Assembly: GCF_009914755.1 (NCBI RefSeq)
Contig: NC_060929.1
Length of the DNA: 64,000 nt
DNA from: the human T2T-CHM13v2.0 reference genome, Homo sapiens
Reading direction: 5' to 3' (one strand)
A program made the translations under genes and the position numbers. The notes under the pieces were generated by a model. The model saw only the letters and a program-made list of their open reading frames with translations. It was not told the DNA's origin and did not search any database. Each line of letters opens with the position of its first letter. Within the stretch, counting starts at the first letter, position 1. Shown in pieces: positions 1-13,865 of the stretch.

Positions 1-59
1 AAGGAACCATTGAGTTGCTCTTAGGGAAACCACTAATAATTTTAATTACGTAAGTGGTA

Positions 60-1300
60 TGATTAGAGTTTTGTTTAAAATCTAAAACTGATAAATGCAT
101 CAGATGACTTGGAGAGATAAATTAGGGAACTTCAGTAGTCCACAGGAGAGTCAATGAAAAGTCGAACTGAGATGGCAAAGAAAACAGGACAAAACATGTA
201 GGTAATCAAACAACTGCTGTGGTGAGAAAAATAAGAACAAAAATGGCTGTGTGATGCTAGTATCTCAATATAAATTAAAGTAATAAGAAAGAATAAAATT
301 TTCCTATATGGTGACAGTGGGAACTATGGAAATGATGAGTTTAAAGTGTCACTGAGGCATTCATATGAACATTGCTTAGGAGTCAGGTGAACATACAAGA
401 CTGAATTTGGGGGAAAATCAGGATTTTCTATATAATTTTACCTAGAGATTTGTACCGGCATGCCAACTGAAGCTGTTGGATGGGTGAGATATTTAATAGA
501 GAGAATGTAGCAAGAGAGCAAAAGTGGACCAAGACAAAATTCAGAAATAGTGACTTTAGGATACAGGAACAGAAAGAGCAGCTTAAGAAGAAAACATGTA
601 AGAATTCGTAAAGATATGAGATGATATCTCAGGTAGTGATTTTAAGGGAATCAAAGAAAAATTGAGGTGAAAGAATGAAAGGTCACCAGCAGTAATTGAC
701 ATTGGAAGAATGAGAATTAAGACAAATCCTTGATTTAGAGACTTTAGAGGTCATTTGTGACATATGAGAGAGAAACTTCAGTTAGACTATTTGACAAAGT
801 CAAATTTCACAACATTAGAAAAATGAAACCATCTATAAACATAGAATGATCTTTTTAGTAAGTAAAAAATAAAACAAAAAGACTGTCAACATAGTCTGAA
901 TATATAATTAGACAAAGAAAAAGAGATTGATAAGTGAAAAGAAGGAGAGGGTTAATTGAGAGCCAAGGTGTCCAAAGAACAGAATAGAACCAGAAGAGGG
1001 AGTTTCAGAAAGGAAGCATATCATTTATTCTGAATAGGAGGGGAGAAAATAAGGGAGAATAAAGACAAAAGACCATTAAGTGTGAAGAGAGTGAAAACTC
1101 AAGGAGTTCTAGTCTGTTGTTCCTTGTCTATTCTGTGAAGCAGGAATGTGAAGAGTAGGCATGAAAGAAATGACTTCAGAGTGGGAAAGAGTGGCTTTCA
1201 CAGCAGTGAGGACAGGAACCAGAAAGTGTCAAGAGGCAATGAGAACACCTGAGGTTAGACAGCATAAAAATCAAAGGAATTCCGTTGGGAGTTAAAGATT
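60..1300 (-). mobile_element. Highly diverged L2 LINE fragments
   Basis: Purine-rich degenerate sequence with L2-like phrases (e.g. agaggtcatttgtgacatatgagagagaaacttcagtt); boundaries approximate. Confidence 0.55.
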
Positions 1301-4300
1301 GTTTAGATATTTTCTGCATATTTGTCTACCTGTTTGAAGTTTTGCCAAATATAATGCTAATTCATGCCATGAAAATAAAGATTCTTGAAAATTCTTTATG
1401 AGAGAAATCTGGATGCCAAAGTGCTCATTTTGCTAAAATACTTTCAAAATTTGCTGTCTTATCCAAAATGTTTAAATCCCTACCTCATTCAAAGTAGACA
1501 TTTTCTTGTATTTTAAATATCATTTTCCTTCATGCAAATGAGATAATTTTGAATATAAAAATAAATTGCTACAATGAAAAAGTTGAATTTATGTAGATAG
1601 GATTTTTTGTTTGTAAGAAAATCTTAATTTCAAGAATTATACAAAATCTGTGTTCTATAAAAATCTTAAAATTTACCTTCTAGTAAAATGTATATTTTAT
1701 AAGAAATAAAAAAATATGCACTAAGCCTCCTGAAAAAATGCTTACCAGAAATAGTTAACCTGCTGAACCTGTGAATAAACATTTCTTTGGAAGCACATGG
1801 TAGTATTCACACAATTGGATTCCAAAATATGTTTTTCCAATGTTATTTAAAAACATTCAGTTTGTGTAATGAACAACAATAGTGCCAGTAATCAAAGAAA
1901 TCAGGATTGTCAACAGTGAGAAAAAATGTCTCCTAGCAACCAAGTTTCAATTACTCTTTGTTTGCTAACAAGCACTCAGATATTTCATGCTGGTAGCTTT
2001 ATTCCAGAGAGTAATGCATTATCAAAGACCATGAGAGAGAGCTCCTGTTTTAACTGGCTTTCATTTCCAATCAAACATCTTGCAATTAATTTTATTAGTG
2101 TTTTAGACCTAATTTACTCTGAATAAGCCATAACTATGATTTGTTATTGTCATGTTCTAAAGGAATTGTAATATGGAATAATTATTTGTTTAAATAATGG
2201 AATCATGGGCATACAGATGATACTCCCACAAAGTAAAAATTTATTATCATTAATAATAAGATTAAACAAAATCATATCCCAGAATAGATCCCAGGAGGAC
2301 CCTTTAGCTATTTTAGTTGAACTAGAAATAATACTGCTAATTAAGATATACCACTGACTGTCATAGCAGTAGTCACAAAGACCATTTACTGGTGCCTAAT
2401 AAAAACTCTCTATTGCCAATAAGGATACATGTAAAAGTACACTCTTAGTTGAAATCTATCCAAATTATGAATATTATATATCAAAGTTTGGGAACATTCT
2501 CATTCAAAGCATATATACTAATTACTTTATACCATTTAAATTGGGTTAATGACTGTTAAAACTACACTATTTGAGCTGAACTTCTTCTGCATGTAGTGGG
2601 TGAAGCCTATACCTCTTACTTGTTTTTTATATGAAGATAATCCAGAGGATTGAATTTACCAGGAGCTCAGCGTTTGAGTAGAACCAACCTGGCAGTTGTT
2701 GATACAACAATTATTTCTCTCACTATTGGATTTTAGCAATCCATCTCATCTGGACCTACTAAAGAGAAGAGGTGCATGGAAAATAGCCAAAAAAAGATAC
2801 TCAATAATATTGCAGCATTATTTTTATGTAATCACACACACATACATACACACATACATACAATTACAAGTCAGCATGATAAATAGCTGAAGTCCATACC
2901 AAAGTAGCCAAAGCTACAATTGTGTAGCCACTCAAAACATGTTTTCAAACTGTTCATTTGGACATAGATTTCTGTTTAATAGATATTTCATTTTTTACTT
3001 AATGATATTGGCATTATGTAGAAACTGACATTCTGTGTTCCAGATTAGATTCCGTAGAAATTTAGAGGTACTCAAATTGGCATTTATAAATATTCTTGGG
3101 TAATCTATTATTTGTATTATTCTTAGCTAAAGGTGAAAGATGGGTGATCTCATTTAAATTTACTTCAATTGAATAAAATTATCAAACTAAGTGGAATAAT
3201 TTCTTTTAAGATTTCTTCACTTTCTTATAATTACCTAATTAACATATATACAACCTTTAAGACTTTTTTCTTTGATGCCTTCTGTAGCTAAAATGTCAAA
3301 ATCTCTACTTTGTATGTAGAATTGTGAATATAAGTATATTTATCCACATTTTAACAATGTCTGTGGTTTTTGGCTCTTTCATATTACTTCCCAAACAGGA
3401 GGAATAAATCGCAGATCTTATGATGGTATTCAAGCCTACTTTTAGCATTAAGTTGCATATTCTACCTTTCCAAGACAGACTTATTGCTTATAAGTTATAT
3501 AAGCACAGAAATAAGTGGGATTAAATATAGAAAATGATGAAATTGTCTAAGTACTAGTAATCCTCTGTTTTTAAAAAATATTATGAAATATAATAGTACA
3601 ATATAAAATATATGCTTTAAAACAGACATTTTCTCAATAACAATTTTTTTTTATCTTCAAGAAAGAAGAGTTAATTGGAAAACAAAGATTTCAGTAAAGT
3701 GCTATTTTCAGAAGAAATAATTTTACCACGTTTGTCGAAATGCTGTTTTTACACAGTATACTAGAAAAAGATTAGCTACAGTCTGCTTTTGAGCAATGAG
3801 TTAGATTCTGAGCATGGAAATGCATCAGTTTTTAGAGGCAATTCCATAGCCACCATTTTTACAGTTTTAATATGAAGTTTTGCATGACAAATATAAAGTG
3901 ATCTGCCTCCCCATCCTCGAGATAGTAAACAAAGGTGAAAAGAATTAAAAAAAAAAAAACCCACTAACAACACAGGGAAACAATAGTCAAAGAACAAGAC
4001 TCAAGAGACTTATCTTCTAAACTCAGTAGAACTGGATCTCTGCCAAATTATGTAAGTTCTTTGAGTCTTATTTTTCACATCAGTAAAGTGCGTATTCTGA
4101 ATTAAAAGATATTCTTTGAAAACTAATCTATTTCCTCAAAAACATGGAAATATTCACGTGAGCATTCCGTGAGGGATGAGGGGCAACATTGTGACAGTGA
4201 ATTCTGTGTATCCCATTGGCAGAACTGGGATTTTTATAAATGTTTCAGCAGGGAGACAGAAATGCCATCAGTGTCAATCTCTTCTTTCCACTGGGAATTC

Positions 4301-7300
4301 TGGCAAATCTGGACGTCAATGATATAGGTACTTTGCTGGTCTGAATTTTTTTTTATAACTCATTTATCTATGAAAAAAAGGCAAATTAACACATTCCAGG
4401 ACAAACGAAAACAGAGAAGTTGGTACTAACAGACATATATTACAGGGAATGTCTGTAAGCTTTTTAAGGCTGAGATTAAGTGACCCTGACAGATAATTTA
4501 ACATAAGAGTTTCTAGTTGCACATGCTTATACATACATGTGTGCATAGGCCAGAGGATAAAATGCATCGCTGCTGGCCAACAACTCATATAGTGGAGGCT
4601 TGAGCACACCATGCTTATTCCCAGAGTTCCAATGCTCTGCTTTTGAACCATTACCATGCCTTTCAGCAGCACTGTCAACAGAGCTCAGAGAAGGTCTTGA
4701 ACTCCAGAGAATGAATGAGATATGCCAAATGAAGCATAATTACTTTATTGACGTCATTCAGCTTTCAACTCACATTTAATGAGAAAGCTTCTACTGCTTG
4801 AAACAGTGGGCCGTTTGTAGCACATTATGCAAATGATAAGACTAATCTTTTGCATTATACATAAGAGCTGCTTATTGTGCATTAACTAATTTATCTGACT
4901 AGGAAGGGGCTATGAATGCTGATTTTTATTAAGCTCTTCATTAAGTGAAAATGTAGGCATGGCAAGTGCATATATTAGTATGTGCCTGTCTTGCATGGAT
5001 GAATAAATACATATACACATCTAGTTACCAAGTGACATTCTTTTGGTGGCAAAAATCATCAACTTTAACTTTTTTTTAGTCACATCAGTAAGATGAGAAA
5101 GTGAAAATTAAACACTCAATGGAAAAGACTCTTGTATCATTAAAAAATCACCACTTTTATCATAGTCCTAAAAGTGTTTTTTAAAAGAACAGAATGTGTA
5201 GCCTAAAGTCAATAGTTTAAATCTTAAGTATCCTTGAGTATCCAGTGACTATTTTTATGATCATAAAAAGCCGACAATGAATAATTGAACACCAAGTCAA
5301 ATTAATCACCTCAGTTTTTATATATGCTTAATTTGAGTAGAATAAAAGAAAAAAAGAGCAAAATAGTATTCTATTAAATATACAATAATTAATTTGGTCT
5401 AAATCTAGGCAGGAATGTCTAGATGAACACGTGAATAATGTAATCCTCACTTAATTAGCACATTTCATTAAGGCACACATTTAAAACAAACCCAGCCTCT
5501 ACATAGACAGGCACATCTCAGCAAGTTGTGTAAAATTTGACCAACTTTCACAAGAGAAGAAATACCAAAAATATCACACTTTATTTGCTTGATGAAATTG
5601 ATATAAATCTATCTTAGCCAATGTATATTGGGAACTCTCTATATGCAAATTGTTATGAGTATTTTAAGCTTATTACTTAAAAAAAATTTTAACAATCCTG
5701 TTAACAGCTCCCCAATAGGAGATGAGTAAGTGATTATTTCTATAACTGGTTTTCAAGGTGAAAAGGCTAAAGGAAATGAAATTAGCCTCTATCTTTGAAG
5801 ATACTATATAGTAGCAATGACTAGGCAACAGACTGGGGAGGGGCAGAGATGCCGAATGCACCTCTGACTTCAAATTTGAGTTCTTAGTTTTAGTTCATTA
5901 AAATTAATGACCAATCACTGCATGTCATGCATGAGGAACAGCTCATTCCTTTATCAGTCAGGTAAACTGAAACACACACTACATGACACAAAACCAGCCC
6001 TGGGATTTGGCCATGAGCCCAACTTAACTGCAGAATGTTTATAAAATTATTAAAATTTATGGGTTGATAGCACTCTCAAGCAATTTATTATAGCTGTAAA
6101 CCATTTTTAACTTTTGAAAACACAATAAAGTTGATTTAATAATCCCCCTAATCTTATACACAACTTCCTCCAGAATTTTCTTCAATTATGCCTCATAAAT
6201 TACAATTTATTGTATATTAGAGAAACACTAAAAAACAAATACTTCATGAGAATTTCATCAGATTCATTTATTCTGAAACATTTGCCAGAGAGCATAACAA
6301 ATTCACATGTGACCCCTGTACTCTAAAGAGCTGAAGTTCATACCAAAGCCACAGTGGAGAGTTCCTTTGCCAAGGATAATAACTAAAATCTTCCCTTGAC
6401 TTGAGCCAGGACCTCAGCTTTAATGAATGCCGGGTCAAGAAGTCATGAAGAAAGAGGGGGGCAGTTCTAGGGAAATTCTGTCTATTCAAAAAACAGCTTG
6501 AATTGCAAAGCACAGATAGTCACCGTCACCTCTTTGTAGGACTTTGTTAGAGAACAAGCAACTGAAAAGAGAGATCACAAAGAGGCAGTAATTGTAAGCA
6601 CACATTGTGTTTTCCTCAGGAGCAGCAGGACATCAGTATAAGCCCATTTACTTAGATTTAACAACTTTTAAGTGAAAATTTCATACTTTTAAAAATAGAA
6701 TTTACGTTTAGGATCCAGAACCCTGCTTGAAGTATAATCCCCAATTGCGTATAATCTGCCTTAAGGCAGAATTATTTCCTGGACCCAGTGGGTCTTGTGA
6801 CTTACAGAACTTTATTTTCATAATTAAAACAGAAGGTTTTGAAAGTATGAGGAATTCATCAAATGTAACAAAAAGAAAATATATTTATAATAGATATGCT
6901 TCCTGGTTCAATGGGGAAAGAAGGATGGACATAATCATTTCCTGAGGAAAGTCTATGTGCAGTCAGAGGAAATATTGTACCAACATTCCTTAAATATTTC
7001 AGGTTTGTGCCTTCATGCTCACTTTAGGAGGCTGGAGGCTGAAAGCCCTAGTCAAGTAAATTTACCATTGACTTTAATATGCTAAAATTGCAACTGGTGA
7101 TTTCCTGGTCTTGCGGATACCAGACTTTAGAGTGAAGCTGGCTCTGGGAGAACCTTTCAGGAGCAGGGAATTACTTCCAAAATGAGAGTTGTTTTTACTT
7201 GGGATATCCACAGGATCTGTCTTCTTAACATGAACAAGATCCCCTCATGGGACTCAAGAGCAATCAGAAAACAGGAGATGATGCTATCACGGACTTAGTC

Positions 7301-7499
7301 ATACCAAAGGAGCTTTAACAGTCCTAAGACCATAGTGGGCCTAGTGGTGTCAGTTTAAAGTCAGAACCCCATAGAAAACTTACCTGGGCTCTTGTTTCTT
7401 TCTTTTCTCCTTGTTTACTCTGCCCCTAGTGCCTGGTGCTCTAAATGCTTGACTATGATACATGCTGTTCAAAGAACAGGTCTATGTGCTCTCCTTTCC

Positions 7500-7935
7500 T
7501 TGTTCATGTGGTTGGGTGTCTATACCTGTACCAATGATTCTCCTACCATCTTGGCCACCATAGCATCAAGTAGACACCCAGCCTAACTTGGGTCAATGAA
7601 ATTCCTCTCCCTGAAATACTGAGATAATTAAATGTATAAAGCTGAGGTAAAATCCTGAAGACCAAGGATTGAGGGCACTATTTTGTGGTGACCATGATGA
7701 CTATGAGCAGAAGAGACTGGTCTACAGAGGAAAAAGCATAGAAAGCATTATAGAGAGAAGGAGGAATAAGTGAATATGAGACCATAGGGAGAGCTAGAGA
7801 AAATATCTGTCCTCTCTTTTCCCTATGATTTATCAGTTCCTGTGAGGTCTACATGTATTTCTAACTCTTGGATCCTTTATATTCTCCTGTTCTATAAAGC
7901 CCATTTTAATTTGATCTAGTATGCCTACACTTCAG
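7500..7935. mobile_element. Old MaLR LTR fragment (MLT1J/K/L-like)
   Basis: Degenerate MLT1-like phrasing (gggtcaatgaaattcctctccctg...gagactggtctacagagg); subfamily uncertain. Confidence 0.35.
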
Positions 7936-8009
7936 TAAATAACCCATCTTATATTCAAGAAATAAAAAATAAAATTACAAAGTATTTTGAACTAAATTAA
8001 AAGTTGATT

Positions 8010-9535
8010 CTTTTTGTTTTTGAATTTTTTTATAATTTCTACTTTTATTTTAGATACAGGAGGTACATGTGTGAGTATGTTACATGGGTATATTGCATAA
8101 TGCTGAGGTTTGAGCTATGGAACCCATTACCCAGGTAGTCAGCATAGTACCCAATAGGTAATTTTTCAACCCATTCCCCCCTTTCTCCCTCCCTGTTCTC
8201 ATAGTCTGCAGGGTCTATTGTTCGCATCTTTATGTCTATGTATACTCAAAGTTTAGCTCCCACTTATAAGGGAGACCATGTAGTATTTGGTTTTCTGTTC
8301 CTGCATTAATTTGCTTAGGATTATGGCCTCCAGTTGGATCCATGTTATTGCAAAGGATATGACTTTTTTATGGCTGCATAGTATTCCATGGGATATATAC
8401 ACCAGAATTTCTTTATCCAACCCACCACTGATGGGCACCCAGGTTGATTCCATGTCTTTGCTTTTGTGGATAGTGCTGCAAGAAATATACAAGTGCGTTT
8501 GTCTTTTCAGTAGAATAATATTTTTTCCTTTGGGAATATACCCAGTAATGGGATCGATTGGTTGAATGGTAGTTTTAAGTTCTTTGAGAAATCTCCAAAC
8601 TGCTTTCCAGTGGCTGAAGTAATTTACATTTTCACCAACAGTGTGTAAGCATTCCTTTTTCTCTGTAGCCTTGCAAACATCTGTTATTTTTTGAATTTTT
8701 AATAATAGCTATTCTGACTGGTGTGTGGTGTTAGATTGTATCTCACTGTGGTTTTGGCCTTTGATTATTAGCGATGCTGAGTATTTTTTCATATGTTCAT
8801 TGGTTGTACATCTTCTTTTGAGAAGTATGTTTGTTCATGTCACTTGCCCAGATTTTAATGAGGTTGTTTTTTGCTTAAGTTCCTTATAGATTCTGGATAT
8901 TAAACCTTTGTTGGATGATAGTTTGCAAATATTTTCTCCCATTCAGTAGATTGTCTGTTTACTCTGTTGATAGTGTCTTGTGCTGTGCAGAAGCTCTTTA
9001 GTTTAATTAGGTCCTATTTGTTAATTTTTGTTTTTATTGCAATTGCTTTTGGTATCTTTGTCATGAAATCTATGCCAGGTCCTATGTCCAGAATGGCATT
9101 TCCTAGGTTATCTTTCAAAGTTTTTATAGCTATAGGTTTTACAAGTCTTTAATCCATCTTGAGTTGATTTTTTATAAGGTATAAAGAATGGGTCCAGTTT
9201 CAATTTTCTGCATATGGCTAGCCAGCTATCCCAGCACCATTTATTGAATAAGGGGAGTTCTTTGCCTGTCGCTTTTGTCAGCTTTGTCAAAGATCAGATG
9301 GTTGTAGGTGTGCAACTTTATTTCTGGATTCCCTCTTCTGTTCCATTGGTCTATGTGCCTGTGTTTGTACCATTACCATGCCATTTGGTTACTGTAGTCT
9401 TAAAGTATTGTTTGAAGTCAGGTAATGTGATGCCTCTAGCTTTGTTCTTTTTGCTTAGGATTGTTTTGACTATTTGGGCTTTTTTGATTCCATGTGAATT
9501 TAGAATAGTTTTTTTCAAATTCTGTGTAAAATTAT
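8010..9535 (-). mobile_element. L1 3' portion (older L1PA15/16- or L1PB-like): degenerate ORF2 C-terminus, 3'UTR and T-tract tail
   Basis: Minus-strand ORF fragments match L1 ORF2 ([21 protein letters not shown]; ILSKKNKARGITLPDFKQYFK; QLEAIILSKLMQEQKTKY). T-rich tail at ~8010-8050. Confidence 0.92.
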
Positions 9536-9536
9536 C

Positions 9537-9769
9537 TTTCATTTTCATTTTCTGATTACCTTAGATTACATAACCCATTCCTTCAACCCTTCTCTATATG
9601 TTGTCAGCATCTTTGTGTCCTTTTATCCACCCATCCATAAAAGAGCCAACACAGAATATCTGTTTTCAAAGCCTGTACCAGGCTGATGCGTTAATGCTGC
9701 CAGAGTAAAACTACATCTGTGGTGACTACTCTCAGTATGTCCTGTAAAATTGCCCAGCAACTTGGTTTT
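9537..9769 (+). repeat. Direct copy of 18979-19215 (L2-derived), sitting at the L1/ERV junction
   Basis: Manual alignment gives about 17 substitutions plus 2 indels over ~233 bp. Confidence 0.95.
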
Positions 9770-9770
9770 G

Positions 9771-11480
9771 TTTGTAACAAGTAATTCTGCTTGTTGGGAG
9801 GACATGCCCAAAGGCAAGGCAAGGGGGCAGCCTCTACAACTCTTCTAGGTGGGAGACAGTGGGTATCATCATGATATCCCTCAATGGCAGCATATCCTGC
9901 TTGTAAAGGAGGGATTTTTTTGATGCGCTGCCATCTATAAACCAATCTGGGGCTCCCTTTATGTGAGTGGAAGTAAGGTGGTGAAACATGGTGAGAGAAC
10001 TTTCAGTGAGATCAGTGTGAGTGTTGGTCGGAGTTCAAAATTGGTGTTGAAGGTAAAAGAGTGATGGGATTATGATGGGAGTATCTATGAGGAGAGATAG
10101 AGTGTTGAAGGAGAGTTGAATGCAGGGCTTGCGTGCAAGAGGATGAGGTGGAGGTGAGTGCCTTATGGCTGAGCATATCTTGTAGACTGTGAGAGGAAAA
10201 TACCTGAAGGGGTTCATAGAATGTGAGTTTTTGTGCCTCAGGGATAATTAGAGAGGTTGTGGCCAAAACTTTTAAGCAAAGGGGCCAGGTTTTGTAAATG
10301 GGATCTAGTTGGTTTGAAAAACATGCCACTGGTTGGAGGGAATCTCCCATGGGTTAGGCTAGTAGTCCAAGGGCCTGATTATAAGAAGTGTGTAAATATA
10401 CATAAAAAGGTCTTAGGGGATTTGGAAGGCCTAAAGTGGGGGCCTGTAATAAAGCATGTTTTAGGTGAGAGAAAGCATGATAAACATCTGGGGTGGGATT
10501 GAGTGGTTGGTCAATATTTCCTTGTGTGTGTTTATAAAGGAGTTTACTGATAATAGAAAAATTTGCTATCCATAAGCAGAAATATCCCACTTATCCAAGG
10601 AAAGAAAGTAAGTCCCTTTTTGTTTTAGGAATTGGGATTTGTTGAATGCCTTGCTTTCATGCAAGTGGAATTTCTTGAGTATTTCGAGTTATGATTAATC
10701 CTAGGTATAAAGCTTTTGGAGGTTAATTGGGCTTTTTTTTTTTTTTTTTTTTTTGGATAACTGGCACCCACATTCAGTGAAAAATTTTAAAAGCCTGGTG
10801 GTATGTTGAATACAACGTTTTAGAGTGGGGCTGCAAAGCAGTCAGTCATTCACATATTGAAGCAAAATGCTAGGTTGTAGAGGTAGATGGAAAAGGTCCA
10901 ACTGAAGTGCATGACCAAAATATTGAGGGCTGTCTCTGAACCCCTCGGGGAGGACAGTCCAGGTAAGTTGTTGGGAATAGCTTGTGCCAGGGTTGGTCCA
11001 AGTGAACCCAAAAGGTTTTGAGAGGAGGGATGTAGAGAGATAGTAAAAAAGGCACCTTTGAGGTCTAATACAGAGAAACAGCTAGTGTTGGAAAGAATTC
11101 ATGATAGGAGGATATAGGGGTTTTGGACAACAGGATAAACAGGAACCATAGCAGAGTTGATTTGTCGCAAATTCTGAACCAGTCTATAGGAGCCATCTGA
11201 TTTTTTAATTGGGAGAATAGGAGTATTGTGGGGAGAATGGGTGGGGATTAAAATATTGGCAGCTGGAAGTTGGGAGATGGGCTTGAGTCTCCATAATCCA
11301 TTAGAGTTGAGGGGAAATCATGGGACCACTATATAGTACTTAGGATCCTTCAGTGAAATTTGAATCTGAATGGCAGGTAGCTATTATGGGGGAGTCGGTG
11401 TTCCATACTACGGGATTTATATGGATGAGGAATTTGGAATTTAAGCCTGTTTGATGTGGAGTGTCTGAGGAGAGGCTCTG
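9771..11480 (-). pseudogene. pol: Degenerate ERV pol (RT, connection, start of RNase H)
   Basis: Fragments LKHALLQAPTLGLPN, PVACFSNQLDP, WPLCLKVLATT, WFIDGS (9927-9944) and SSQQAEL; frameshifts, stops and a long T-run at ~10733-10754. Confidence 0.88.
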
Positions 11481-11483
11481 TTC

Positions 11484-11669
11484 TCAACATAATAAATACG
11501 GGGTTTCTTGTGTGCCTTTCATACTAATGACAGAAACAGATGAATGTTCTAATAGGCCCTGATATTCAGTTAATACCAGTAGGCTCACCCCAGTATCCAA
11601 AAGAAAGGAAATAATCTTACTGGATACCGTCCCAATTACCCTGGGTTCCATCACTAGATATGTGGGCAA
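11484..11669 (-). pseudogene. pro: Retroviral aspartic protease remnant
   Basis: EPRVIGTVSSKIISFLLDTGVS contains the DTG active-site motif. Confidence 0.88.
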
Positions 11670-11736
11670 AGGATCCCAGGCACCCTCAGTCTTCCATTGT
11701 CAGTGACAGCAGTGAAGAGATTTCCTCCTGTGATGG

Positions 11737-13243
11737 TCAGGGGCCTTCATTATGAGCAGCACCCAAACAGGGAAGGTGTCCCCATTGGGGGCAGTCTATT
11801 TTCCAGTGTCCCCAAAGACCACAAGTTGGGCATGGTTTGGTGGGGGCCCAGGGGTTAAGACAAGCCTTTGCCCAGTGTCCAGGGTTGCCACATTGGAAAC
11901 AGACTCCCGGAGAGGTAGAGGAGTTGCCTTTTGGGTTATTGAGAGGCTTTTGTGTAACTGACTTTTGGACAGCAGAGGCAAGCATCTGGTATTTTAAATG
12001 GAGATATTTGTCTTTTTGAATCTTTTGTTCATCTTTGTTGTTAAAGACACAGAACGCTACATTTAGGAGTTCCTGCCAAGATGTCTGGAGACCCTCCTCT
12101 AATTTTTATAATTTTTTTCTGGATGTCTGGGTCACATTGAGAAATTAGAGGTGAACAAAAGTTTGACCTTCACTAGATTCTGGGTCCAAATTGGTATATT
12201 TTAGCATAGCTTCAGTGAGGCATGATAAGAAAAGGGCAGGATTTTCCTGGGGCTTTTATGTAATTTCTCTTTCATAATTAGCTGCCTTATGGACATTTTT
12301 GTCCATGCCCGCAAGGAGACAGGTAATCACGTGGTCTCTTCACCTGATGCTACTGTCTCCCTGTTGGTAAATCCAAACTGAGTCTCTATGGGGGACTGCA
12401 TCATTGGCCACTGAATTTTGTATAGGGGCTTGATTGTGGAATTCATCTGCATGTGTTTCAGCTGAACCCCAGATGCGTTATTTTTCATCAGGAGTGAGGG
12501 TGGAGGTTAGAATTATATAAGTATCATGCCAAGTTAAATTAACAGATTGGGTTATGTGGAGGAATTCTCTGTGATAATGAGAGGGATTCTCAAAGAAAGA
12601 TCCCAGACGCTGTTTGTTCTGTGACAAATCAGACATAGAGAAAGAGACATGAATGTGAGCAACACCTTCAACCCCAGCTACTTCCCAGAGGGAGAATGGC
12701 AGACGTGGTCTGACTGGCTGGAGTAGTTTTTAAATGGGTAATGGGTGAAGGAGGAGGGGTGGGGTTTAGGGTTAAAGGCTTGGGGGCAGGAGTGGCCAAT
12801 GGGGCAGAGGGTTTGGATGGGTGAGGAGCAGATACAGGGGTTTGAGAATACGGAGGGGGTTCACCTTCAAGGTCAAAACAGGTTTCAGAGGAAGGAGAGA
12901 TCCAGGGAGGGTTTCCATTAAGAAGAAGGATTTCATGAGGGGTACAAACTTGACATAGGGAGGGTTGGCATTTAAGGTAGAAGAAAGCCTGAATATAGGG
13001 AACTTCTTGCCATTTGCCATTCTTGGTTATAAAGTTGGCAAGGTCCTTGAGAATTTGAAAGTCAAAGGTGCCAGTTTTGAGCCATCAGCTGTCATTATCT
13101 AATTTGTATTAGGGCCAGGCTGTGTTGCAATAAAAAACTAAATGCTTTGACTTTGGGCTCCCCCAAAAGCCAAGTTTGGTGAGGTTGTAAAGAAGACAGC
13201 CCAGTGGAGAATATGTGGGAATGTGGAATTGTTTGGCACCCAT
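11737..13243 (-). pseudogene. gag: Degenerate gag: MA start MGAKQFHIP..., NC with two CCHC zinc knuckles
   Basis: SPLGCLL...LVFYCNTAWP is gammaretroviral MA-like. Knuckles CFQCGNPGHWAKAC and CPTCGLWGHWKIDC lie in ORF 11737-11985. Confidence 0.9.
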
Positions 13244-13845
13244 GTGGATGGGTAAGAGGCAGCCAAGGGTATCTGGTTTTGTTCTAGGCATCCCCAGAAA
13301 GAAGACCCAGAATCTTCTTTCTGAAGAGGATGGTTAAGCTGAGAAGAAACTGGGTATCCCCAGGATTTCTAGCTTAGCCCCACTGGTCCTCCGAGGATCA
13401 GTACAGCAGACCAGACTTTCTCAGGTACCATTAGAAAGCCAGGGGAAAGCAAATCTTACCAGCATGCTGGATTAGGGTCCAGTGTTGGATGTTCTTGTTG
13501 GAATCAGCAAAGGGCCTCCCGAACTGGAGCTATGCAAGGAAGAGAGAGAAAGAGAGAGAGGAGGGAGGAAGAGGGAACAAGAGATAGAGAGTGAAATACC
13601 TATTGTGGGTGGTTGCTGGTGGATTCCTGAGACCTGAGGGTTTTGAGAGCCCACTGCAGAGTAGCCCCAGCTCAAGCCTCACAGTTCGCTTCAGATTAGT
13701 GATTCATGCAAATCACTCAAAAAGTGAAATGACAGAAAAGATGGGGCGGGTGGCCAGAGACTCAGGATCCAGGAGTTAGCCCGGGATGAGCTGCCACTGC
13801 CCACCACTTCCTGGGTTGCAAGAGATCCTCTACCTTCCACACCTG

Positions 13846-13863
13846 TCCTGGGTTTTGGCACCA
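13846..13863 (-). promoter_or_regulatory. Primer binding site complementary to tRNA-Phe
   Basis: Minus strand reads TGGTGCCAAAACCCAGGA versus the Phe PBS TGGTGCCGAAACCCGGGA (two CpG-type changes), 2 nt from the LTR end. Confidence 0.9.
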
Positions 13864-13865
13864 AA

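Larger units (their letters stand above)
9771..13863 (-). mobile_element. HERV-F-group (LTR19/HERVFH19-like) internal region, truncated within RNase H
   Basis: Leader, gag, protease, RT and RNase H remnants are all on the minus strand. No integrase, env or 3' LTR follows. Confidence 0.9.

Noticed and set aside
7990-9790. Possible TSD aaaagttgattct / acaagtaattct around the L1 plus filler
   Set aside because: The match is poor, the right copy is ERV pol sequence and the left flank is not ERV.
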